Source: Vermamoeba vermiformis
Lineage: Eukaryota
Length of the DNA: 64,000 nt
Assembly (NCBI GenBank): GCA_045837725.1
Contig: JBEWZL010000084.1
Span: 248,001 to 312,000 of the forward strand
Direction of reading: 5' to 3'
Shown here: positions 51,935-61,938 of the stretch, in pieces
How positions within the stretch are numbered: position 1 is the stretch's first letter
How the letters are laid out: each line of letters starts with the position of its first letter
Notes under the pieces: generated by a model
Database searches by the model: none
Seen by the model: only the letters and a program-made list of their open reading frames with translations
What the model was told of the DNA's origin: nothing
Translations under genes and position numbers: made by a program

Positions 51935-52066
51935 TGTAAATAAAACATGATCTGTTGCAACAAGTAAATCGACTGACGTGTGACGTTAGGTGACTTTGTG
52001 TTCTTCTGTTTAGTCTTGTAATTATAGTAGAGCTGTGAACATAAGAGGGCATGTTGCATTAGTAAA

Positions 52067-55000
52067 ATGTAGGTAACAAGAAAGATAGTATTTAGATTAA
52101 TAAACTAATCATAAACAGGAGGAAGCGTTTTTCTTAATTGCAACGCTTTATCTCTTTATATGTTCGTTAAAATTAACATCAGGTACGTACTATAAAGAAA
52201 TGTCAAATAAATAAATAAACAACGATCGCAAATCCAAATCTGAAAATAAAATCAGTTTAGAATCGCTCCAAATTGCGATCATTATCCGCAATTAAAATTA
52301 AATTATTTTTAGGCTGCGAGTCGCCATTGATTCTGAATACCCCGCGTAACAATGCTGGATTAACCGAAGCTGATCTGTAAAATTTATTACTCTGGCGGAG
52401 TTTCAGCTTCCAACAATTTTGCTTCTTTGTCTTCAGTCGAAGTTTTTGATCCACAAACGAACACTATCAGCACTTTCGAGTTACCCGTCGCAAGGAGAAA
52501 TATTTTCAGCACGAAGATTGACTCGTTAGTTCTATTTGTGGGAGGAATAGAAATATCACGTGGCATGCAGCGAAATTACAACAAAATTGATGTCTACGAT
52601 ACAAATACGCAATTGATATGGACAATTGATGTGCCCAGTGTGCACATCCCTTCGGCGAGAATAGAAGTAGTGGGAACAAAGCTAGTTTTTAGTCAACCGT
52701 ATTCATTGGCCGTCACTATATTCGATATATTAACGAATACGACAACCCAAGTGCCGTCTCCGCAAAACAACGGATTTCGGCCTGAGGCAACGGCTTCAAA
52801 CGGAACTCATGTTTTCTTTGTTCAAAACGCTGCTACGAACTCAATGTACATCCTCGACGTGGCGACCAATCAATGGACACCGTTCAATGTGAACATTCAG
52901 ATCCAACAACAAGTGACGATTTTCATGACAATGATCAGTCCTCAAATTCTCGTCATTATTGAACCGAGAAGATTGACACGAATAGATATGAACTTCCAAA
53001 TTCCTAGAATTCGAGTTCTGAACTTTAATGGCGTGCGCACTTCACACACAGTGTCCGGAGACAGATTGTACTTGCTCAACAGAAATTCTATTATTGTTTA
53101 TACTGCCAACGGCAATTTAGTCGAGTACGCGTTAGGAAGTACATTCCCCAACGAAGCAACAGATTCAGTTATTTATAACAACATACTCTACGTATCATCA
53201 ACATCGACCTTTGGCGTTCCATCTGGCACCAGATTCAATTTGGACATGTTATTTCAGCCAGTGCCAGTCACGTGGGACTCGTATTACAGCCAATCACTAT
53301 TCGCCGAAAGAGGATATATATTCTACCTAGTCAATACGAAGATAATGCACGTCCACTTGCGAACTCAACAATCTGGCGAGATAGAGCACCCTGATATTGC
53401 TTACTACGTTCACTACAGGAGAGCAGTCGTCGGCAACAAATTGTTGATCACGCTCGAACAAGTCTACGGAATATTCAATTTTGAAACGGAGACTTGGTCA
53501 ATTTATTCCTTGCCTTATCGACTACAGTATCATGTGCCGTTGGTTTCTGGCCGATACGTTTTATTCAGCCACCGTTTATACCAAGAATTGCCGTTATTTG
53601 ACATCGAGTTAAATCAATGGAGCATAATTCAAGTGAATACAAGTTCAACACAAAAGCTTATCACCGGTGACAGAATAGTGACACTTGCCAATCTTGAAGG
53701 CATCGGAATCTACGATATACCTTCAAAACAATGGACTCAAGTGTTAGAAGGCGACTTTCTAATTGACAAACCAGCGATAGTTTTTGGCTCAAAAATAGTT
53801 TTTCCTGCACTATCTGTCAGAGACCTTTCAAGAAAGCTCGTTTGCATTTACGACATTGATACGAAGGATATTAATTGCGTGCAGTCTCCAGCATCATTTT
53901 TTTGGAAGGAACACGCCCAGAAAGTACGAGACTACGTCGTTTTCAATAGCCAAAGAACAGTCAATCGGTATACTATACAAAGCTTTTATGCGCTGAATGT
54001 TGTATCACTCGAATGGACTTCTTTTGATTTGCCGCCAATATTGGAAGAATATCGATCGATGCAAGTGGCCGTGCAACAAGATGTCATTTATGTATCTCAA
54101 GTTGGTAGAATTGACGCAATTGATATGACAACTTTGACACTATTTTCTCTCAACGTACCAATGGGACAACCAAAAGCAATAGCGTCATACGGCAGCAAAG
54201 TTATTTTTATCAGCGAGTCAACGAATAATCAAGGACAAATAGCAGTTTTGTTTGAAGCATCGCAGAGGACTTGGACGAGTATAATCGTTAATGCAAGAAA
54301 CGATATTCTGGTGACACAAAATTTTATTGCGACGTACGTCCATAACGGCTTTAATTCAATGGAGTTCCCAGCAATGCTGAACAGAATAACCAACGAAGAA
54401 AGATTCGTCGGACAGTCCGTGGAATTTACGGTCAATACTGTTGGCATTGGACTGACATCACAGTGGATTTACGGAACTAGATCACGTCTTGCCAATGGGC
54501 CTTCATTGTCACTGACCAACTTGACCGAACAAAATGCCGGAACTTATGTCATTCAGATCACGGACAAATGTCAAAATGTCATGCGCCAGGCAGCGACTCT
54601 CCAAGTTCACGGCGCTCCGTCATTTGCAGAAGATCTAACTGAATCGATTATGCTGTGCGACACAGCTTCGCAGCTCCGAGCCAATGTCGTCGGCAAACTG
54701 ACTCAAGTTCAATGGGAGCTCGACAATCAGCTGTTAGAGGTCACGGACCGAGCCTACTTGAACGTGTCCAAGGATAAGCTCTCGTTGACGTGTAACTCCG
54801 AGCATCGCCTTTGTGCCATCGCCAGCAACCCTGCAGGCCAAGCGCGCAGTTGCTCAACAGTTCAGCTCCGATCACTTGACTCCATTTTCGATGGACCTCG
54901 CCCAGCGTCAGCCCAAGCGACCTACTTCACGGACTCTGTTGTTGATCTTGTTGTAGACTTGCTTCACGAAGATTGCACCGGGCACGTGTGGCTTTTGAAC

Positions 55001-56607
55001 GGAAGAGAAGTTGGCGAGCAGCAGCCAAGAAGCAGCGCACTCTCAGTGACAATTTCACAATTGGTGACAGCCAACGAGTACAAAGTTCGCGCCTTTTGTG
55101 GCAACAGCGAGCTTGAATCAAGTGTCTTCGCATTTGAGGCAGCACGAGTCTCGTCTCTCACGCCTGAAGGTGTTGCAGGAATAGTAGTTGGTGCATTTGT
55201 GTTGCTCGTTGGAGCTATTGTGACGGGCATACTTGTTCAACGACGTCTCAAGAGGAGCAAGCAACACGAGATCGAGTTAGAGAACTTGCTCAATGAAGCC
55301 AAATCCGAGAACTACAAGCCCAAAGACGGAGTTTCGATCATTCATACAACGACTTGGGAGTGGTCCCCTAGCGATGGGTACACGTACCGACCAATCGACA
55401 ACTTCCCGTGCGACATTGACACGTCACTGTTGAAGTATTCGTTGAAGCACGCAGTTGATATTGACGTGTGGATTCAAGGCGACATCGTTTTTTCACCGAA
55501 AGAGAAGAGCAGTGCAAAAGGCAAGCAAGAAAGACTTTTGAACGGGCTTCAAATTGACGTGTACGTGCCACAATCTCCCAAGTACGAGATCAAAGTAGAG
55601 CCTGCAAATTTCACCCTTCAAAGCAACAAACAAGTGCGAGTAACAGTGTCATCGATGATGCGAATGACAGCGAAGAGCAACGTCTGTTTGATCGTCGTTT
55701 GTGAACGGCAAATGATTTATTCGGTCCTCGAGTTCAAGATTGAAAGCAAGCCGTCAATGTGGATCGATATTGAAGAGATCAAAATGACAGGAGATTTCCT
55801 TGGTGGAGGAGGGTATGTCAAAAGTGACACGTGTCAAATCCGTATTAACTTTTTTCCGGTAGATTTGGAGCTGTAACGAGAGGTGTTTATCGAGGACAAG
55901 ACGTAGCTGTCAAAAAGCTACTATTGCAACACATGCTTGATGATGTCTTGCACGAATTCGAACATGAAATAACACTAATGAAGAGCTTGCATCATCCGAA
56001 CATCGTACAATTTGTTGGTGCTTCAAGCGTTCATGAAAACTTGGCCATCATTATCGAGTACGCACCTCTTGGCAGTCTCGCCAGCGTCATGAAAAAGCAA
56101 AAATTGTCGTTCTCGATGAAAACTACAGCGTTATTTGAGACTGCCAAGGCACTCCAGTTCTTGCACGCGAACGGAATAATTCATCGTGACATCAAGCCTC
56201 AAAACATTCTCGTCTTTTCACTCGAACAAAGAACGCCGGTGCACGTTAAACTGACTGATTTTGGCACCGCAAGGTTCATCACAGAGAACGCGACAAATGT
56301 CACAAAGAACGTCGGAACATTTGCGTACATGGCGCCAGAATCGCTCGGAAAGAACCCACGCATTGATAAGAGCGCAGATGTATACAGTTTTGCTATATTA
56401 ATGTGGGAAGTGCTTTACGAACAGCTTCCGTTCGAGGAATTTCAGTGGCAATCAGATCTCGAAAAACACGTGCTTGAAGGAAAGCGACTGCAGTTGGATC
56501 CGCTACCGAACGACCAGCTAGTGAGGCTTATAGAAGAATGTTGGCATCCAGACCCATCACAAAGGCCTTCTATGACTGCTGTAGCTCAGCGACTTGCAGA
56601 TCTGTAA
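52067..56607 (+). CDS. Receptor TKL kinase: Kelch-like propeller, Ig-like domains, TM and kinase; 5' end apparently disrupted
   Basis: Kelch motif YSGG...SSVEVFDPQTN. Ig-like segments (QNAGTYVIQI, LCAIASNPAG). TM GVAGIVVGAFVLLVGAIVTGILV. Kinase LGGGG|FGAV, VAVKKL, HRDIKPQN, DFG and YMAPE. Intron 55813-55862. Confidence 0.85.
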
Positions 56608-56742
56608 AAATTTGCGGATTTGGATACGACTAAACAACCGACAATTTTGCTCCTTTTTATAGATTTGCTCAAACATAAAACAATAGTACGTATGAATGAC
56701 ATTGTAATACTAATGATTCTAATGAGATTTAGTTTGTACAGC

Positions 56743-58635
56743 ATGATCCGAACTAACTTCGAAGCGGATGTGGTGAATAACAAAAATCCATTTGACCTAA
56801 TTCCGAACGAAACAATCGAGTACCATATATTCACTAATATTCCGTTCAATAATTGGATTGTGGTGCTATCACTAGTGTGCAAACGATGGATGCAGATCAG
56901 CGCCAAAGCCACCGTCTCTCCTCGGCAAATTTCTTTTGAACAAGAGAATGGTTTTATCGTTCGCACGGCAGTTTTTGGAGTGGCTAGGTATAGGCCAACA
57001 ATATTGTATTTTGGAATTCCAGTGGAGCTACGGAATATTATGTTGATCGTTACTGCAGCCAATTGCATAGACACCCTGATATTACGTAAAATAATATTAA
57101 GAAATCAATATCATTCAATGGAACAAATCACTACCTTGTGCTTATCCGCTTGTGAAGGAGTGGCTGCAAGCGATATTTTCAAACTATTTCCCAATCTCAA
57201 ACGATTGCAAGTCAATTACATAAATATAAACGATGAAAGATTGAATCAATTGGATGAATTGGCACTTATCGACGTCGATCGAAAAGATTTGATAGAGATT
57301 TCTGATGCAATTACAATTCCAAAAATTACGATTGTTTACAGCAAAGTCCGCATGGTTGTTCAGCGCATTAATGGTGTCACTAAAGTGTACAATGGAGATG
57401 AAATTTCTTATGAGGACTATTTACGTTACTTTGGCGAGACTAAATTATCCCGAACGTTGCGGGAAAAAGAGTTCGAAGTTGCTGCTCAATTGTTGGACTC
57501 TCAAACGATCGAATATGATGCCTTCCTTCAGGAGTACTACAAGCGAGTGCATATATTTCCAGGAAAAATTCATTTTAATTCCTTGGTTTGCGATTATCAT
57601 AAGGCTTTATTTTATTGTGGTGGGGATGAGCCTTACTTAAATGCTTGGAAGTTGCTGGCTCGTACAAATAAAATCTCGGTACCTCATGTTTGGCTTAGAA
57701 TGATCGGTTTGGTGCATGAAAAGTGTTTTGACGAAGCACTGAACGAGTTCAAAAATTGGTCTGGCTACACGGATCCGAAAGAATGCGAGTCTGACGAAAT
57801 GAGGACGGCTTTTTTTGCACTAACTACAGCGCCATATATTACTGTTGATCATCTTAAGCAGCCTGGTGTAAATGAGCGAGCACGTGCAATTATGAACAAG
57901 ACGTACGACATCGCGAGTTACATTGAAACTACGGACCAATTCAAAAAGATCGTTTTCTTACGTGACGACTGGTCCGATGTTGTAACTGAAACATGTCGCA
58001 GAAATGAAGAGCTATTTTGGGCGATGGTCGATCAAGGCTGCAAAATACCTTTGAGCTACACTGTGGCCGGTGACTTTTCACTTAAAGTAATTGACAAGTT
58101 GATAGAAAGGAAACTGTTCACACCAGATGAAATTGCTTTCAAATGCACTCAAGCCCTTTTGAAAAAAGTTGTCCGAAAATATCGCATTGATATGACAATA
58201 GAAAAAAAAAATACATCGTTGTTCAATTATTGGATAAATCGTGGTGGCCACACGGAGGATTTCATACTTGAATATAAGCACCTGCTTAATCATTTTGACA
58301 GCAGTGGCAACAGTCCGTTATTGTTGCTATTGACGGTACAGTATCCGCGCATGGATTTGATAAAAACATTGTTAAATTATGGAGCGGATCCAACGAAACA
58401 TGATCCCCGTTCTTTGTCTCCGTTGGCTACTGTTATCACAAGTGAATGGTTACATATAGACCAGAAGTTAACAATAATCCAGTGGTTGGTGGATCACGGT
58501 GGATCCGTCAATGCTCCGTGCATGTATCAGGGTAGGATGTGCTCGCCCTTAATGATTGCTATTCTAAATGACAGCTATCGTCCTTTGCACGATCTACTCA
58601 TCTCACATGGGGCACTTGCGTTCTATCAGGACTGA
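56743..58635 (+). CDS. Intronless F-box, LRR-like and C-terminal ankyrin protein (paralog 1; start uncertain)
   Basis: FDLIPNETIEYHIF...SLVCKRW, IFKLFPNLKRL, SGNSPLL...LLNYGADP and SPLMIA. Confidence 0.8.
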   Translation: MIRTNFEADVVNNKNPFDLIPNETIEYHIFTNIPFNNWIVVLSLVCKRWMQISAKATVSPRQISFEQENGFIVRTAVFGVARYRPTILYFGIPVELRNIMLIVTAANCIDTLILRKIILRNQYHSMEQITTLCLSACEGVAASDIFKLFPNLKRLQVNYININDERLNQLDELALIDVDRKDLIEISDAITIPKITIVYSKVRMVVQRINGVTKVYNGDEISYEDYLRYFGETKLSRTLREKEFEVAAQLLDSQTIEYDAFLQEYYKRVHIFPGKIHFNSLVCDYHKALFYCGGDEPYLNAWKLLARTNKISVPHVWLRMIGLVHEKCFDEALNEFKNWSGYTDPKECESDEMRTAFFALTTAPYITVDHLKQPGVNERARAIMNKTYDIASYIETTDQFKKIVFLRDDWSDVVTETCRRNEELFWAMVDQGCKIPLSYTVAGDFSLKVIDKLIERKLFTPDEIAFKCTQALLKKVVRKYRIDMTIEKKNTSLFNYWINRGGHTEDFILEYKHLLNHFDSSGNSPLLLLLTVQYPRMDLIKTLLNYGADPTKHDPRSLSPLATVITSEWLHIDQKLTIIQWLVDHGGSVNAPCMYQGRMCSPLMIAILNDSYRPLHDLLISHGALAFYQD

Positions 58636-58890
58636 ATAATTTGCGACCTTACAACAATGATCAATACATTACAAGAATACGGTTACTAACACTTTGCTTA
58701 ATAATAAATCTTATATACTATTTAAAATATAATTCTCTTGCTGATCGAGTAAAAACTTTTCGTTCAATCGATCTGAACGCGCAAATTTGCAGCTAAAAAA
58801 AACTGCAGTTTCGTTAGTTTCCTAAATTTATTTTAGCAACAAGATAACATTGGTAATAGCAGGCGATTAATAGACTACAAGTGCTCAACA

Positions 58891-60900
58891 ATGAGTAGCG
58901 AATTGGATGCGACAAACGACTATTTCTCATCCTTTGTTCCTGATGAGGTCTTGGAGCACAATATATTCAAGTATTTTATATTCAACAAATGTATTGCTGT
59001 ATTTAGCTTGGTGTGCAAACGATGGAAGAGGATCTGCGACCATTCGACTTTGGATCCGAAACAAATAACTTTGAGACTTGGCGAAACAATAGACGATGTC
59101 GGACAAATAATTATGATACTCAAAAAATATCAACCAACAATATTACATGCAAAAATGAATAACAAGAGTGAATTCAAGTTTATCGTTTCGCGGATGTGCG
59201 AGGCATCCAAGAGACTGAACACTTTGGTGCTTGAACTCCAAAATCCCGTGGAAATAGATACTTATGTTAAGCCAATGCAGCGAATAACGACATTAGCAAT
59301 TAGCACGACTTCAACAAACAAGAAATTTTGGTCGAATATTTTTAAGCTGTTCCCAAATTTAAAGCGTTTGCATCTGGAAAGCTCGAAATTGGCACAAATA
59401 TTCAAAGAACACCGAGAAGTATTTGAAAAATTGGAAGAACTGACGTTGGAGTTCGAAGCAATTATGTCATCATCAGAAGTTGAGTTAACGAATCCGGAAG
59501 TAACGCTGATTGAAACGGAAAGAGAGACTGTTAAGAAGAAACCAAAGATGTCTAATGAGTTTAAAAAGATGAAATTAACTTACGATGAATATTTCCGTTA
59601 CTTTGGCAAGACCAAGTTGTATTCAGCGTTGGAACGAAAAAAGTGTAAAAAGGCCGCTCGTCTTCTCGAACAGGAAACTTCAATGGAATACGAAAGAAAG
59701 TTGCACGAAGACTGCTTTGAATACGAGTATCCTACATCGATGAAAAAAGATCAATTTTCTTTGGATGCGTACTGCGCAACTTTCATGAAAAGTGAAGAGG
59801 CTTACAATACGCTCGTGGCTACGAACCAGATTACGGTGCCGGCCTACTTAAAGTTCAACGTGTTATTAAGCTTTTCTCGTACTGAGGAGGCCCTAGTCGA
59901 GTTTGGAAAGCTTGAAGAACACGAATTAGCGCTGGTCAAAAAAACATTTTTCCGAGAATTATTACCTAAGGTGACAAAGAAGGCTCTAAGGCGTAAATCC
60001 ATCATCAAGAACGTAAAGAAGATTGTTTTTTCTGGCGTCGATGACGTGGCAACTGCCAAAGATTTCAACAAGATCTCGGATCTGCGCGCCGATTGGTCAG
60101 ATCAAGTAGCAAACGCTTTTAACGCCGGAATATGCTGCGCAATGATAAAAAAAGGCTGCAAAATCGATGTTGAAAAAATGCATGAGCTATCGAGAATCGA
60201 GGACTTGGACATTAGCCCCGTCGTGGGCCTCGTTAAAAAGATGCATCCGTCAGAATTGGTCAATACTTTGCTTCGCATTGCTCCTAATTTAACTGGCATG
60301 ATAGTCATAACCGATGAACATAATATTTCGCTTACATTAGAAAAAGACGGAAAATCGTTGTTCAATATTTGGATCGGGTCGGGTGCTTTTTCAGTACTAG
60401 ATGTAGCTGACTATGCAGATCTCGTTAATCATATGGATAGCAAAGGCATAACACCACTTCATGCAGCACTAAAATACTCGAAGCATGAGCAGGTCTGGCC
60501 AATGGTCGTAAAGTTGCTGGAAGTCGGAGCAGATCCGAACAAATTTCGCGGAGACAAGCTATCGCCTTTAGCACTCGTACTTGATCGGCGTTTTGACTAT
60601 ATACACGAAGTCACTAATTTCATCAACCTACTTGTTGAATACGGCGTGGATGTGAATACGCCATGTTTATTCCAAGACTGGGTGCACCACGATCAGGTGA
60701 CTCGGATGTGCTCTCCATTGATGATTGCAGTATTGAATGCCACCCCGGTGGAGATCATAAGGCTACTTATAATATTAGGTGCTCGAATTGACTACGTGGA
60801 CGAGACAGGACGCACCATTTTGGAATGCGCTGCGTCGGTGCAGCGACTAGGCTTTCCGCGGGACTCGTGGTATCCAGAAGTATGTCAGTTATTGAAGTAG
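58891..60900 (+). CDS. Intronless F-box, LRR-like and C-terminal ankyrin protein (paralog 2)
   Basis: FVPDEVLEHNIF...SLVCKRW, IFKLFPNLKRL, KGITPLHAAL...LLEVGADP, RMCSPLMIA and GRTILECA. Confidence 0.85.
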   Translation: MSSELDATNDYFSSFVPDEVLEHNIFKYFIFNKCIAVFSLVCKRWKRICDHSTLDPKQITLRLGETIDDVGQIIMILKKYQPTILHAKMNNKSEFKFIVSRMCEASKRLNTLVLELQNPVEIDTYVKPMQRITTLAISTTSTNKKFWSNIFKLFPNLKRLHLESSKLAQIFKEHREVFEKLEELTLEFEAIMSSSEVELTNPEVTLIETERETVKKKPKMSNEFKKMKLTYDEYFRYFGKTKLYSALERKKCKKAARLLEQETSMEYERKLHEDCFEYEYPTSMKKDQFSLDAYCATFMKSEEAYNTLVATNQITVPAYLKFNVLLSFSRTEEALVEFGKLEEHELALVKKTFFRELLPKVTKKALRRKSIIKNVKKIVFSGVDDVATAKDFNKISDLRADWSDQVANAFNAGICCAMIKKGCKIDVEKMHELSRIEDLDISPVVGLVKKMHPSELVNTLLRIAPNLTGMIVITDEHNISLTLEKDGKSLFNIWIGSGAFSVLDVADYADLVNHMDSKGITPLHAALKYSKHEQVWPMVVKLLEVGADPNKFRGDKLSPLALVLDRRFDYIHEVTNFINLLVEYGVDVNTPCLFQDWVHHDQVTRMCSPLMIAVLNATPVEIIRLLIILGARIDYVDETGRTILECAASVQRLGFPRDSWYPEVCQLLK

Positions 60901-60996
60901 AATAGGCAACTGTTTGTATAGAAATATTGTAGTCAATTATAATAAAAGTCAGCATAAATAACAGCTTACGTTAAAGTTCGAAAGTCACATCCACAA

Positions 60997-61542
60997 ATGA
61001 AGACAGCAATTGCCGTTGCTTTTATACTTTTAAATCTTACCTGGGTCCAATCCGACTGGATAATAGTTCAATCATGCCCTGGTGCACCTTACCGTGGAAT
61101 ACGTGCTCAAAATGGAAATTGCGCTCAGTTCGAAGACAGATGGCGCCAGATCAACTGCGACGCTGAAACAGTCAATTCTTACGTCTGTTCAGATTATAAA
61201 TGTCAAAACTGCACTATGGAATATTCTACTACGTTACATACCTGCGCTAAGCTGACAAACGCGACCTGCCAGAAAGATCAACCGGATCTTCGAGATTTGA
61301 TGGACAACAACTATTGGATGTCTACTAGACGACTTAACTGCAACTCAGAAATTATTTTTATGGAGGCAGTTGATCCTCAGTGTGCGATCGGGCCCTCAAC
61401 ATCGTTCTCGGCCAAGTGCTCAGGAGATCAAGCTATAATATTATACTCGAACCCTAATTGCAGCGGCACGCCTAATTTGTCGTATCCTATGGTGTTAAAT
61501 CAATGTGAGAACGGATGGGAAACATTGTGCAATCGAAATTAA
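60997..61542 (+). CDS. Small secreted Cys-rich protein (181 aa, intronless)
   Basis: Signal peptide MKTAIAVAFILLNLTWVQS followed by many Cys in two related halves. Confidence 0.75.
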   Translation: MKTAIAVAFILLNLTWVQSDWIIVQSCPGAPYRGIRAQNGNCAQFEDRWRQINCDAETVNSYVCSDYKCQNCTMEYSTTLHTCAKLTNATCQKDQPDLRDLMDNNYWMSTRRLNCNSEIIFMEAVDPQCAIGPSTSFSAKCSGDQAIILYSNPNCSGTPNLSYPMVLNQCENGWETLCNRN

Positions 61543-61938
61543 AATAAAATGATGGCCAACTCGTTTAATTTTTAAAAAATCAAATAAATAATTCCACATT
61601 ACTTACAGCCAATAGGTTGCTAGAATCTTTCTCGCCTTTTCTGTTGCATCTTTGGATCTTTTTCAAAAAGTTTCTTTATTTGGCGTATCTCAGTAGGAGT
61701 AAGACGATGGTGATAATTGTGATATGAATATACGCAAGAGGTATGTGCTCATGAATGTCTTAAACAATTGAATCTCCGACTCCGTTTCTCCTGTCGCGTG
61801 GTATCGTGAGGACCTCATTGAGCTCAGAATCATTTATTATCGTTTTGTTTGTTCGTATAACACATATACGTCATTATTTACATGACGATCAAAAGGTAGA
61901 CTGCAAACCAAGGTTACTTCAGTTTTTGATCTCACGAG

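Noticed and set aside
61600-61835. Protein-like minus-strand fragments (HHRLTPTEIRQIKKLFEKDP) upstream of ADCK
   Set aside because: Short, broken by stops and frameshifts, with no recognisable domain; may be a decayed gene but unsupported.
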